Assembly (NCBI GenBank): GCA_010093705.1
Contig: MU006096.1
Coordinates: 828,004-892,003 of the forward strand
Direction of reading: 5' to 3'
From: Patellaria atrata CBS 101060
Taxonomy: Eukaryota
DNA length: 64,000 nucleotides
In this document: one piece after another, positions 49,050 through 62,805 of the stretch
Position numbering within the stretch: the first letter of the stretch is position 1
Layout of the letters: every line of letters begins with the position of its first letter
Translations under genes and position numbers: made by a program
The notes under the pieces: model-generated
Seen by the model: only the letters and a program-made list of their open reading frames with translations
Told to the model about the DNA's origin: nothing
Databases searched by the model: none

Positions 49050-52000
49050 ATTGTGCGCCAAGAAGCATACAGTAAACCTAAACGACAATATTGTCCAAGC
49101 TAGGTGATATACAATTGTACAAGCATACGTTCGTTATTGATGGAATTCCATTGTCTGTGTACCGCGATTGGTAGTGTACGGTTTCATTTGACGTTCATGT
49201 GGCTAATACCCACATTCATCGCCTACGCCTCACATGGATGGATGGGGAAATTGCCCGCATAGCGTTAATAAGCATCATCGGCTCTCGGCCTTATCAAAAC
49301 CTTAAGCTGAACCGCAATAATTTGGAATATCAATCTATCTTGTACAACAACGAAGATCCTGTTTCTTCGATATCGTACAGTACAGACGATATGATCCATT
49401 ATTAGAAGAATCATTACTTCGCCCTAGGCAGGCGAGAGCCATTGAGCGTTCGGAGACCCAAGCGCTGAAGAGCGAGTAATATAAAAGTGGGATGCAAGCA
49501 TGCGGCACAAAACGATCTCCCTTTTCGTGGGATGCATTGCTTTGCCAATGGTTCCGCTCTTATCACAATAAAATACACTTCGGGCCTTTCGGCTGTCCAT
49601 ATTGTACTCCAAAGCCCCTTGGGATGTCGGTCACCTTGCATAGGATAGAATACATAACCGAAAGGTCGAGTCCAATCTACAATCTTTCGCTTCGGGAAGG
49701 ACATCGGGAGGAAGAAAGTACAATCGTACGTACATGGCGTTTCTGTCATTGCCTGTGCATGGTGTCACTCCTGACTGCCGTACGTTGCAGATAACTTGGT
49801 TTCAACCTTACATCTTGCATTCACTGGTTTACAGAATCAGTAAAACGTACGAAGACGAGGTGCAGATGACCTTCGACCTGAGTTCCCTGAGCTTACGCAG
49901 CAGTTTCAAAGGGATTATAACAGAAGAAAACCGCTTAAAAACTTTCATCGACTCGTCGACTTTAGGCCAAGGCTATCATGTAAAGTAAGTAGTAGGAAAA
50001 CATCCGACAATGCGCAAATAAGGATCTCAGTAGGTCGCAGCTTATGTGCCACATTGGTGCATAAATTTTCGAGGCCTTTTTTTTCTTATTATTCTTGCTC
50101 TATCTCTTCACCGCAACAGCGTTATAGCAACTTCGCAAGGCTCCCGCATAGAAAATAGACGCCGCTGTGAATCAAGGATGGTACCCGAATCAAGAGGCCA
50201 GTATCATGCAAGTAATATCATGGGGGGAATGCATGTCGATTGACTGCGAAGGCCCTTCATTGGATATCAGGATGGCGGGGTTCGCTTTCGGCTGCATCGT
50301 GAGCTGGCCTCAGCAACCCTCAGCAACTTTTGTCAGTAAGAATAGGAAAAGGCCGCCGACAGTTTCGTCGATCCCTTAAGGCGAGGCTTTTGCTGAGAGG
50401 TCGTCGTGGTCGTTCATCCCTCGTCGTTCAAGGTGAAAATGCGTTCAACTGCATTCACCATGGTGTCTATCACTCAAACAGACGCGATCTCCGCCGCTAG
50501 AGAAGGAGATCGCTTCCACGTCCACTGCGAGGACTGCTCATGTGGACGTAATTACTTTCTAGCGAAAGACCAGCAATGATAGATCAAGAAACGGGGGGTT
50601 GGGGGAATGTTTTGCCAGATGGAAGCAGTTTAGAGCATGCAATAATCATCAAGATGGCTAGAGTCATCCTTTTGTCCCAAGGAGTAATCATAAAGTGCGT
50701 AAGACTATCATTATTATAATAGACAACAACAATATGCTTAAGTTTCGTCGGCTGATTTAAGGTAGAGTTGTTTTGCGTGTGTGAGACGGGTTGGTGCCAC
50801 TTTCAGGCTTCAACCTTCAGCGGATGGCGCAAACCTGAAGGCTCGTCCCGTTGTTTGTAGGCTTGTAGCGTGCTTAAAATTGATGAGGCGTTTTTTGTAT
50901 CTCGATCGGTTTATAGATTCGTGCCTTTGTAGGCTTTGTTTACTGTACTCGTACCTGTAAGATGTCAGATTAAGTCAAGTGTCACAAGAAAGATGCAGTT
51001 CGTCCTAACCCGTTCCGTCCACGTAAAATGATTGCAATCACTCATCTTTGTTGATCGCAACTCTACACCTCACTTCCTAGTCAGCTAGAGCTACGACTGC
51101 TACCCTTACTGTACGCTACTTGCGGAAGAGAAGCAAGAGAAAGATGCAAACAGGGGAGTTGCGCGTCGGGCAGGTAGAGATTCATCCAATGGTGTGCAGA
51201 CGCGACGGGAGTTTCCAGGTCTTGGGTCTGCAAGAATGCAAGAAGTGCAATGCGTGAGCGTTGATGATAGACTTCATCTGGGTAACTCCGCAAAATACGG
51301 GCTGGTGCGGTGGTGCCGAGGAGGGGGGATAAACAGCCGTTGAGACTTGAGAGAAGTTGAGCAACTTGAGCCTTTGAGCGTCGCAAAAAGAGCCATTCAT
51401 AACCATCCATCCCCATTCGTGCCCATGTCGTTATAAGATTATTATTGACTCGACTTCGGTTGCTGAAGGTTCTCTGCCCGCTGGATGCGCTGATGCACGG
51501 AGAAAAATACCATGCAAAGTACATGCCCGACTCCCTTGCCCTTGCCCCCGATTTCTATCTTCCAAGCCTTTTTTGGCATCTCGCTGACCTCTGGGAGGAG
51601 CCTCCGTGAAGTCCCAAGAAGAAGTCGCATCTCGCATCCTTTCCTTTTCCCGTTCAACCCTTAGTATACCCATCCTGCCCCCATTTTCCCGCAACGACCC
51701 CTTCGACCTGGACACTTTGCCCATCTATTCATCTACCTTACCTTTCCCTCCCCTCATCCAAAACATACCTGTTCTATGCTTGATTCCCTCCTCACCGACC
51801 GCTCATTAGGGTCCATATACCGTGTATACTGCTCTTGTGATACACTCTTATTATTTCAATCTTTATCCTCCCACCTCAGCTAGAACTAGTCATGCTCTGA
51901 AATTATTCGAAAAGCAGCAAACGCCGTCCGTACAGTATCACGGATCCTCCGACCCTCCGACTTCTCACACAAATACTGTGGCAGGCCAGGAGCACCCCTC

Positions 52001-52208
52001 ACGTACTCCAACTCCTCTACCTAGATACGCCCTTTGCCCCCCTGTGGTTAGGGCTATATCTCTCAGCTGGTATCTCCTTCTTGTTCTTCCTTCGGTAGTT
52101 TCCATAATCCCATCGGTCCTTCCCTCCCTCCACCTACGTAGAGCTACCATTAACACGGCCATCATCGCGGGTTTATACCTCTTCAATCCCAAGGTGATTC
52201 TCATTACA

Positions 52209-53210
52209 ATGTCTTCCCAAGAGAAGATATCCGATACCCTTAAGAGCTTCAAGTTCCTCCGTGAAAATATACCGACATGGTTACAGAATCTGGCCGATGT
52301 AGAAAAGAAGATTCAAGAAAAAGCGTGTGAGATGGCTGTAGTTCCAGTTCACCTCACACCAGTAAAGAAGAAGACGGGATCCACGGAATCATTGAAGCCA
52401 AATGAGGATGATGAAGATAAAATGAGGCCCGAAGCCATCACGTCACCTCTTTTTGACACGACGCAATCCGCACTACGGCAACAAATGGCTCAGACGGCGC
52501 GAAGAAAACGCAAGACCGCTTCCGTGCTATCAGCAGCAAGCGGCCCAAACAAATATCGAACAAAGACAATGATAATAATATATTATGATAGCGAGATTCA
52601 AAAATACTTCGAGACGCTTGTACGTAACATCGGCACAGGGCGGAATTTATTACGGAGAGGCAAGATGGCTGCGAAAATGGAAGCAATGGCCGAGGCTGCC
52701 GAATTAGACGATGACAATGATAATGACGATGACTTCACACCTTCGAAACTCGGCTACCAGCCAAAACTCGGATTCCGAAGGACGGGAGGAGGTGCTGGCG
52801 GTCTTCCTAGTATTCCACAAACCAACACTGAGGCCTACGACTCGTCGGATAAAACACTGGAAACGGCACAGAGTCTTTGTGAACGTGGCGCACATCAGGT
52901 ATTACGCGATGGAGATTGCACGCACGAAATAAATGGAGCAAGGAAAGCATTTGAAGAGGTGTTGAAAATTAGTGAGCAACAGGAAAAGATCCTGCAGCAG
53001 AAGGAAGACATGAAGTCCCAGGTGTCGCTGCCAGCACCGGAGATCAAAATCCCCATCAAATCTGTTATCCCTGCAGTACCCGTAATACCTGTCGCCCACC
53101 CATTCATCCCCGCGAAGGCGACCGGGCCGATCGAGATAGAGGTGGATGATGATGGGGAGGAAGAGGAAGATTTCATACCGCTACCACCTATCCGGACGAC
53201 CCGTCGATAG
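52209..53210 (+). CDS. Fungal hypothetical protein (333 aa)
   Basis: ATG in ACAATG context. NIPTWL, IIIYYDSEIQKYFETLVRNIG and AQSLCERGAHQVLRDGDC look like conserved blocks. The upstream in-frame extension looks like 5' UTR. Confidence 0.85.
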   Translation: MSSQEKISDTLKSFKFLRENIPTWLQNLADVEKKIQEKACEMAVVPVHLTPVKKKTGSTESLKPNEDDEDKMRPEAITSPLFDTTQSALRQQMAQTARRKRKTASVLSAASGPNKYRTKTMIIIYYDSEIQKYFETLVRNIGTGRNLLRRGKMAAKMEAMAEAAELDDDNDNDDDFTPSKLGYQPKLGFRRTGGGAGGLPSIPQTNTEAYDSSDKTLETAQSLCERGAHQVLRDGDCTHEINGARKAFEEVLKISEQQEKILQQKEDMKSQVSLPAPEIKIPIKSVIPAVPVIPVAHPFIPAKATGPIEIEVDDDGEEEEDFIPLPPIRTTRR

Positions 53211-54293
53211 CATCACTTTCGTTCTCCAAATCTGTCTCGCGTTCAAGCGCTGTTATGTTTTCTATTTTGATTTATCGGGTCCCCTTCGCTTTGTCGTTTC
53301 TTTTGTAGGAAAAGGATGCATCTGCAACAGCGAGCAACTTTCATGACATGACATCTCCCTTTATCTATTTGCATGGGTCCAGAAAAAGATTCTACTGGAG
53401 TTTCAATATTCTCATCGAACCAAGGTGCATTTGGATTCAGCCTTCTATCCGTACGAACGTCTCTTTATTTCAAGCGTGTACCTAATCAAAGTACATCAAG
53501 TACTACTACTTTATTACTACCATCACTTATCATCTTAACTCTCGCTCCATTTATCGTGGTATATATCAATTTCTTCTGGAAGCGTCAATTCTTGCAGGTT
53601 CGTACCTGAGGTGACAGTGGGTACCTTCCAGCTTGAGTTACTGTCTAGGGAGTACCTTAAAAGGGGCAGGCGTCGCCTCGACTATGTTAAGGTGTACTTG
53701 ACCGTGACTTCTATATTCGGTTTGTGCCTACCTTACCTTAGGTAAACTTCACGTATCTTACCTAGGTAATGTATTAGGTAAGGTAGGTTGAAGTTAGGTT
53801 GCATTTTCCATTCATTTCTTGATTCTTTTTCTCATTGTATCGAAGTACGCATTCCCTCTTTTTCAATTATGAATCTTTAAGGACTATTTACTTATATGGA
53901 ACGAGTCTGAGAACGTAAATCAGTGAATCACTCTACACGTGACATGCTTAGGTTAACATTGAGCACCAATATTCGCTTGAATTTATTCCAAGTCTTGATT
54001 TCTTTAACAGTAACGTGGAGTTGGATGCATGCGGAATGCGAACTGCATGCATTCCACCACCATCCTTTGTTTAGTTTGATAAACTTCTTCTCTTTGCAAA
54101 CGTACGATACTTCAACTTTGCGCCTGTCGGATATTCACTGAACTTTCCTTCAAGTTATTCAGCAATAAGCGAGTCTCCCTTTCCAGTACCCCAACATTTC
54201 TTGACTTCTAAAGTCCATCACCATTCCTAGAATCATCTTCATCCCACCCACTCATTTACAACTTATCATCCTATCCTAAAATCACAACTCCCA

Positions 54294-57200
54294 ATGGACC
54301 GCTCCCCTCCCATCCCTCCTTCGGACTCTTCGTCCGCACCCTCGTCCAACGCCCCTTTGGTCCCGCCCAACCCGGCCAACGCATGGCCGGCCACACCCTA
54401 CTCAATTGCCTATCTCCCCCCTCTCGCCAACACAATCGACCCTTCTACTCTCCGACGTCGCCAAGGCGGCACAGTAAGTACCTCCTCATTCCTCCCCTTC
54501 CCGGTAGTAGCGCTTCTCACCCACCGTACGCTCTCTCTCTCCGTCTCTTCCTCCTCCATTGAACAGTTGAGTCAAAACGAACAAATTCCGCCGAAACTTA
54601 TGGTGGGCTCGATCGTAGGGACAATTAGATACGATAAGACTACGGAATTTACAATTCCTAGTCGTTATGTTGCGAGCGTGCGGAGAAGTAATGGAATGAG
54701 GATTATTCTAGCGAGGTGATGGTAATCATATGCTAAAATCACAACAGCTCCAACATTTACCGTGTGGGATTCTCACCGGCCCTGAACCGCCGTCTATCCT
54801 ACTACTCCAACGCCATGTCCATGACCTGATAACCTTTCTCTATGCCAACTCCGATTCGGACACCGCTCTTGACTGGCTCCTCGATCTCGAAACCCCCTAC
54901 ACTGGCCCTGTCCCGGATCCCATTGAATCCTCTTCTCGGGATCAAAGGCAAGATCACACTCAATCTCCGTCTCCCCCTGCCCCACACAACGCAGAATGTG
55001 TTTGCTCGTATGAGACAGCCTCTCCTTCACCCAACCTTACTACAATAAAACAGCATGCACAGTGTCTGGTCTTGTTGATCCGCTTACTCCTGGGCCGGCG
55101 GCTGTGGCATGTGAATGGTTACTCATTTTTCACGTCTTGGGTGGAGAAATTGCAGGAGCCAAACGTGAGGACCATGGTGTTTGATTACGCTGGACTGACC
55201 GACGCAGAGTTGTTTAGACTGCGGACGCCATACGAAGGACTCCGGAACCTGCTAGCCCCCACTTTAAGGTTCAACAGACCTCCTTTGTTCACGAGGGATG
55301 ATGGCGAAGTGGAAGGGGGGTTCAGTCCCCTAGAGCATGATGATAATGACCAGGAACCTGTCCCGCAAGAACTCACCCCACAGGAACCCGTCCCTCAGGT
55401 AGTCCTCCCAGACGAGGTGTTCAACATCGAGCATTACAGAGACTACGCGGTCCCGTACCTTGACAGATACGCCGAAAAAGCTGGATGTGCAGTGATTCGG
55501 CGTGATGTTGCGGATGGTGCGAGAGAATCAGGGCTCACAGATCAGGGGGGTGTTGATCCCAGCGTCAGCGCTCAGATCGGCCACATGAGTGCTTCACTCG
55601 AAATTTTACATGAGAGGCTTAAGGCTGAAGGTAGAGGAGGTGTGATGCAAGCTTTCGATGATGCGGCTTCTTATGACGCTGTTCACGCTACGTTTCTGGG
55701 ACAGTTTGTCGCTTTTACGCGTGCCCAGATGAGGAGAGCAGCAGATCTGGAGGTAGAAATTGCGAATGCGCGGGATGTGCTGGCTACAGATGTCACAGTT
55801 CCAAGACAGCTCGATGAAAACGATGCCGACTTTGCCTTAGGCGACAGGACGGTGGCTCAGAACAATTTCGTGCTCGCGGGCATCACTCCCGAGCTTATGC
55901 GAGCCCTCCACAACCAGCTAGACTCCCGTCAAGAACCTGATTCCCAGTCAGTCTCTACATCTACCCAACAATTCCCCGCAAACAACGGTAGGTTGGCGTG
56001 GATTGACGTCAACTCCCGGCTCTACCGCGCCCCCGGCTCCAGCACAATCATCATGTATACGGCACGGGATCTGAACCAAAAAGCCAAGGAGACCCGGGAA
56101 CTAGAAGAAAGAGGTTCCTCGCCTGCGGTCCCGATTCGTGAAGAGTGGAAGGGAGAAGTTAGCGGAATCTCGCGGCAATTGGAAGCCGATCTTGAGAAAG
56201 CGAAGAAAGAGAGTGAGGAAGAGTGGAAGAAGACCAGGGAACTATTGCGGTTAACGGAGGAGGAAAGACGGAGGAATGCGAGACTCAGTGACCAGGTTGA
56301 AGAACTGGGAAGGGAGAATGCGGAGCTATATAGAGTAAATGCGCGGTTAGAGCGGGATAATGCGGAGTTGGAGCGGGTGGGATCAATAGAGAAAGCGAAT
56401 AGGATGATGTTGTGGGAACAGGCCAGAGCAAGGGATTTGTATGAACAAGTCGATGCGGAGAGCTGGAGAAATTATGGCTTAGAACGCCACATAGACGAAT
56501 TACAAGGCTGGGGCGATGAGCTTGAGGAGGAAACGCACCGTCTAAAGAAGCATGGGGAGCATTGGAAAGAGAGATTACAGGAACAGAGGGAGATAAGGGA
56601 CCAGTCGGACCAGTGGAAGGAAAATTACGAAAAGCGTAAAAAGACATGGCGGGTCGCAGGATTCGACAAGAAGCGCAATCAGGTAGAATTCAGAACCGCC
56701 GCCCATAAGACCGACTACCACAAACTGCTGCCCAAAAAGATCCCCGAGAGCCACGAACGCGTCAGGATGCATTGGGATTTCGATCGCCAGGTTCCCATCG
56801 GCGTCGCCCGCGGCTTCAAGGCAAAACCAGGTGATCCGTCAGCACAAGAAGCCCGAACCTGGGGCATCCACATCAGTCCCATCTCGCAACTTCCTGAGGT
56901 TTTCGAGATTCCAGATCCGGGAGAACCGGACCCGCCGTATGTTGAATTGGAACCTGCATTAAGAAACAGAGTTTCTATATTGCCAGGTGCTGATGATGGT
57001 TCTTATTTCCTCGGAATCCGAGTTCCTGTGAAGGCGTGGTGTGATAAAACTAGTTTAGAGGACTTGGAAAGACCCTACCGCGAGAATGATATCTACCCCG
57101 GAGATTGGTACGAACCAGAAGCATCAAGTGCGAATCAAGGAGGTCCTGCAGGATCTGCTGGAGATCCGAGACCGTCCAACCAAGCAGCGTTGGACCAAGA

Positions 57201-58452
57201 AGGTGTGCAACACGGCCCCGAGGACGAGGAACGGGCGGTAACGTATTATGAAACAACTTCAAAGACAAAAGTACCTGGAACGAAAAAAGCAGCACAAAAG
57301 TGCCAGTTGAAAATTAAGCAAGCTACGACAGTACCGGCAGCCCCAGATCCTCAAGGGACAGAGCCCGATGAGGAAAATAAACGAGGAGAACCGGAAGCGT
57401 CAGGTGCGGCTCCAGGACCGTCGAATTCGGCAGCTGAGGACGAAGTGGAAATAAAAATCAAGCTTGAAAATGAGGAACCAAAGAATCCGACGCCAGAAGA
57501 TCAGCCCCGAGTAAAGGGACGGAAGAAGAAGGCAGCTGCGGAAAAGACGACCAAACCGGCTGCTGCTAAGAGGACTGCGACTAGAAAGGCTGCTGCAAAA
57601 GCGATTCCAATAGTCATTGAGGACACAGAATGCGAGGAGGAAGATGCCGCTCCTGACGATGACGCCCTTGACGATGACGCCCTTGACGATGACGCCCTTG
57701 ACGATGACGCCCCTGACGACGATGCCCCTGACGATCATACCCCTGACGATCATCCACCGTCAAAACCAAAGGGGGAGGGTAATAAACAGGCCACAACTAA
57801 GAAGTCTACTAGCAAGAAGAAGACTGCTAAATCAGCCACAACGGCATCAACAGTTCCCAGGGAGACCGAGACCCACGAGGACGACGGTGCTCCCGAGGAA
57901 GTCCCACCACCAAAGTCAAAGCGCGGTGGTAAAGCGGTTACTAAAAAGGCTACGACTAAGAAAATCGGTGGGAAAGGGAAGCGGAGGGCCGTTGAAGAAA
58001 TACAGCCGGACAAGGAGGCTGAAGCTGTACCACAAGCATTTGGTTCGAACTCGCAAGGGGATCAGGAAGCAGAGGCAGGTCCCAGTCAGAGACCTACACG
58101 AGGCAGGAAAAGGAAACAGACCGATGCGGATAATGATGTCCCTGATGAAGCGCCAACTACGAAGCGAAAGGCTCCGGCTAGAGGTGGTGCGAAGAAAGCT
58201 GCGACCAAGAAAGCTCCAGTCAAAGCTACAAAGGGGAAGGGGAAACAGAAGCAGACTGAGGAGGAGCCTGAGGAAGCAGAACCAGAATCACCTGGCTCGA
58301 AGTATGGAGATGAGCCTAAGGACCGGGAAGGAGATGATAATTACAAGCCTGAAAAGGGGAAGAAGAGGAAGGGTCCGGACGATGATGCCGGGGGTCCGTC
58401 ACAAAGAGCGACGAAGAGGGTGACGAGGTCGCAGGCGAAGTATAAGGGGTGA
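54294..58452 (+). CDS. Large hypothetical coiled-coil / low-complexity protein (~1294 aa)
   Basis: Exon 1 54294-54473 and intron 54474-54747 join in frame to the 1240-aa ORF. Central coiled coil; Lys/Ala- and Asp-rich tail. Confidence 0.8.
57652..57753 (+). repeat. 15-bp coding tandem repeat (C[C/T]TGACGATGACGCC, about 7 units; xDDDA)
   Basis: Encodes PDDDA LDDDA LDDDA LDDDA PDDDA PDDHT PDDH. Confidence 0.92.
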
Positions 58453-58559
58453 AAGGGGTATTTTTGGTTGATCTGTTTTCTGAGTTTTAATATTAGTCGC
58501 ATGCTCTGTTTCGTGTCGTTTTCCTCAGTTTTAGGATTACATTGAATATTGTTTACTGA

Positions 58560-59582
58560 TTCCCTAACATATCGGCAATTGTGATAGATTACTTCGACGG
58601 AGAGACTTTGTCCAATAGGGAAACGTGGCAGATCATGGACGGCTAATTTCTTACGACTGAATCTCCAAGCTTCATGTTCCGCCATCTCGTATAGTCGTCC
58701 TTGTGTCTGATCATGCTCTGAGAGCAATATCTCTTCAGCCCATCAAGAGACAAATTAGAGCGTGAAGTATCCCAGAATCCCGTATCGGTTATACGAAAGC
58801 GAAGTATGTCCGCAGTATACGGAAAAGGGGGCGAGAAATGATATTCAAGAACAGAGACGGGCGGTGAACATTCCAAATGCGCACCCATATGCCGATAAAA
58901 GAACTCTGGATCAGCACTCAATGCTGAGCTAATGTGATTTAGCCATTGAGGGGAAAGATAACCTTTGAGGAAAATCATTCTCCCTTTAGATTCTATCGGC
59001 TTCAATGTTTGCGGTGCTATGTTACAGATCTTGGAAGATGCTCTGGATGTGTTTCCGTGCTCATTGTTACATTGTGGAGCTTGCTCACAAGGTCCAACAG
59101 CGACGGAACCTATAAACGTCGAGAAATCGTCTGGAACTAAAAAATGCTTTGTGCGAGAGGGGTTCGTTCGGGGTTTGGTTAGATCATATAATGTCATAAA
59201 TTCGGCCTTACCACCAATTATCTCGCTTTTCAACCCGTCTGGATAATAAGACTGGTAAGGAGAGATCAGAAATCTGCCCAGTCGATCGTAATGCAATCCT
59301 GAATAGGCCAAGTCACCGGCACCTAGTTTCAAATAGATGTAGACTTGACGAAAATAGAGCTCAGGAGGCGATACTGAAGCTAATGTTAGCAAATGACGAG
59401 AGAATAATCTTCTCAACCGCTGGACGTACCGGTACATTCGAGTCTATTCCACTGTTGACCCGCAAACTACAAGTCCAATTTTCTGACCTTATCAGTCGCT
59501 CGTTCCAATCAGCATCCTGCGGGTGTTGTACTCGCTCGATTACTTGCTCTGAGGGTGTAATAGCATGAGATTGAACTGGCAT
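58560..59582 (-). pseudogene. Truncated hypothetical gene resembling the N-terminal region of fungal CorA-like proteins
   Basis: MIFLKGYLSPQWL...DPEFFYRHM motif; probable intron around 59430-59380; frameshift near 58647; no C-terminal membrane region before the neighbouring gene. Confidence 0.5.
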
Positions 59583-60989
59583 AATTCCCCATCAACTATT
59601 GAATCAGCTATGATCACGTTAGACAAATCAAAGAGCTCTGTCCTAGTGTATATGAAAGAATAGCCACGGAACTACTGAGAATTGATGTGAGACTCGATAA
59701 AGGTGCTCTCTTTAGTACAATACCGTTAACGCGAGGCTAGAGTAGAACTATGGAGTCTATAGTCCACCAGCCATATTTGTATAAGGAAATCGCCCCAGGA
59801 GAATGTATAGTACAGTACAAGTAGAGTCCGAAAGTTGCAGTATGACAGACCTATGCATGACCGGTGAAGACAGAGTAAGGATTGGTTAGGGGATATAAGA
59901 AATGCGGAGGCCACGAATCGTAACTAATCCATCGAATTTTATATTTTCACTGTGGCTTTCCTCGAGGGACAACAATTGAGATCACTATTGGTATTGATGA
60001 AGTACATGCTGATAGGGCTATTCTTTCAGTACTAGTCTTCTTGTAGAACTACTCCTGAAATCTACCAAATAGTATGTTAGGCACAGCGATGGTTCGTTCA
60101 CTATTATTCCGTATGGTCCGTAATTTGTATCTCCATCGTACCCTATCTTCAAATCTGGCTTAACGTCTCCTAAGTATTCTATTCTAGAGTACGTACCTAG
60201 CGTAATAAATATTTAAATAGTTTTCTTCGCGCGCGCACAGTTTGGGGAGCAACAAGTGTTTACAGATTCTACTGTGAGACAATTTTCGGAACACCCTCGA
60301 TGCAGACTGACCATGTAATTTTCAGCCACTTCCTGCAGCCGAGAACATGCGTCCAATAAGTTTGACACAAGGAACCGCCTTTGACCATAGCAGCCTTGGG
60401 TTGGCATGTATCAAGCAGACATATATGGATCTGGCAAATATTTCAACTATTCGTTGGATTATCCAATGGACTAGAAAAGGTAGCTGTGCTGATGCGTTCT
60501 TGATGCATTCTTGATGCAGTTTGCCTTCCGAGAATGAGTGGCACTCCGTTGCTCTAATCTGTCTATCTATGGATGTCAGAAGGAACAGGAGGGGTCAGAG
60601 ATGCTGTGATAAAGCTGATAATCTTAATCCTAGTGACTCAAGACAAAGGAAATCTTTTACGAGCGTTAGTTCCGAGATGATGTTGGGGGAAGCGACCGAT
60701 GTTGTTACAAAGCATCACAACATTAAAAAATGATTTTGAAGTACCCAGGGGTACTAAAGGCCGTCTACCGTATTGGAGAATACACTACGCTCCAGGAAGG
60801 CATCGAGTAAGCTGATATACTATCAGGAGATGAGTCTGAAGCTAATACCTCTGCAGCGTAGCGATCATCCCAAGAGTTTGTACTGACAATCCTCAAGATT
60901 GCCATCAGAGGGAATGGGAATGGGTCAAGCGTTAATAGCAGCAGCCACCGCAAATACACTCGAGTCCTTCTCTTCAATTATAAACTTGA

Positions 60990-61871
60990 GATCGATGGTT
61001 CATCATTATGGCGCCAGCTAAGATCCTTGCACTCATATATATAATTGAGGGGAAGGTTGATGAAGCCGACAGACATTTATCCTTGAAGAAAGGAACACGA
61101 TTCTTAGCAAGGACGACAGAGCAACATTGGAGTGAGTGCTCTTCATGAATCAACCCAGCTCCACTGACAAAGATAATTCGGGAGCTCTATGGCGGGCTAT
61201 GGGAAAGATCCGTAGTACCCAACAGAAGTATGACGACGCTCTAGAGTGTTGTGAGAGGGCCGTAGAGAATCTCAAAATTATCATTGGTGATAAACATTAC
61301 ATGACCGGGGATTGCTTTCACGATCTGTCCCTAGCATTCTCGAGGAAAAATAACCCTTCGAAAGCTCTGTAAGTTCATCTCAATTTTTGAGACTTCCTAT
61401 CACTTCACTACGGTCACGTCGACATTCCTGGGCCCCTGAACTCGTAGCCTTTGACTTTGGTGAACGGCCTAAGTCCTGCGTCTGGGAGGGTATCATCCTT
61501 ATAGTCTCGAACTTCTTGTACAGGGGAATCAGAGAGAACCTTTTGAGAGCAAGCATACAGTGAAAAATACCACGACCGCAGGAGGAATATTGTCTGACGT
61601 TTTCTAAAAGCACTATGCTGATAACTTTTAGGAAAAATCTTTCCAAGGCGATTCAAGCATTTGGGGATGCCCCGTATCGTCAAGAACAAGCCGCCCGAGT
61701 ATTGTGGAAGAAGGGAAGGTGTTGAAGGACACAGGCAATACTCTGGAAGCGAAAGCATTGCTTGGGAAAGCAATGAAGATCCGTAAGATCGTTGTGCCAG
61801 ATGATAATCGAGAAGAGCAAGTCTTGATGGACAAACACTGGGATGAACTAATCTTCTATTACTCCCGTTGA
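60990..61871 (+). pseudogene. 5'-truncated TPR-repeat remnant (C-terminus resembling NB-ARC/TPR NLR-like proteins)
   Basis: ALWRAMGKIRSTQQKYDDALECCERAVE...GDKHYMTGDCF; intron 61369-61631; ARVLWKKGKVL...WDELIFYYSR*; no intact upstream frame. Confidence 0.65.
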
Positions 61872-62340
61872 GCTTGTATTCTTATTGTAGCTTTTAGGGA
61901 GATTGAGAAAGGAATAATCCTTTAAGGTCCATGGTTCAGGGTTCATTATTTTGCTTTCTTCTTCCTGGAATTAACGAGGGCAATTTGGGATACTGGATCT
62001 CTTACATACAATTATATCTCTAGAGTTATAATAAAGATTGGCATTGTACCTATTCCACCACTATGCACAGCAGGATGATGTGAGGATAAAGTCAAGCTCT
62101 ACTTGCTTGTAGCGTGCAAGCTTACCCTATATGGTTAACTGGTCCATAGGTGTAGGTAGGCAAGAAAAGTATAAGCGGATAAGCCAGTTGGATTTTGATG
62201 TCACTTGCGAGAGATATTTAGGGTAGGATACATGTTGTAATAATTGATTGATCAAATAACCGAAGCCTATCATATCACTCAAGGTATACTAGAACTGTAG
62301 TATTTCGCATCTCTGACCGAAAGTTACCGGATCTACTCGC

Positions 62341-62805
62341 TCATAGGCCAGCATAATCGTCTACGGAATTTGCAAAGCGTCGAGGATGGACCGCTTGAAT
62401 CTCACTAAGCAATTCATATGCCTTCTTTGCAAATGTTTCCGGATCCGCATCGATACAATTTATTAAGGTCGCTAAAGCAGCCTCAACTACACGATTTTCC
62501 ATCAGCACACTAATAGCGTCATCGTTTGTGGTGACTTCTGTTTCCTCCCCCTTCTTCCTTGCACATTGGGGACTTATCTCTCTAACACGAAACCAGGCTA
62601 TCAATGATTCCACGTAGAGAATTCCAAGAGCGAGTGTTGGAGCTTTGACTCGGCCATACACATAGTTTGCCTCAGCGTCCCCAAAGCGCTCGTTAAAGGT
62701 TTTGGCTTCGTAGATAATAGAGCGAAGGTCTTTCCATTCGGTCGGGTAACCAAATGGGTTTTCAGGATCAGATTCCGCCTCAACGGTCAAGTTTGGGACA
62801 GGCAT
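62341..62805 (-). CDS. Hypothetical protein (154 aa)
   Basis: Intact ORF with ATCATG start context and helical globular composition. Confidence 0.55.
   Translation of the reverse strand: MPVPNLTVEAESDPENPFGYPTEWKDLRSIIYEAKTFNERFGDAEANYVYGRVKAPTLALGILYVESLIAWFRVREISPQCARKKGEETEVTTNDDAISVLMENRVVEAALATLINCIDADPETFAKKAYELLSEIQAVHPRRFANSVDDYAGL

Noticed and set aside
53727..53787. 12-bp inverted repeat CCTACCTTACCT/AGGTAAGGTAGG
   Set aside because: Part of a low-complexity TACCT/AGGTA patch; no TSD or second copy.
57617..58423. 268-aa alternative-frame ORF with MTPLT repeats
   Set aside because: Off-frame reading of the 15-bp repeat in the main gene.
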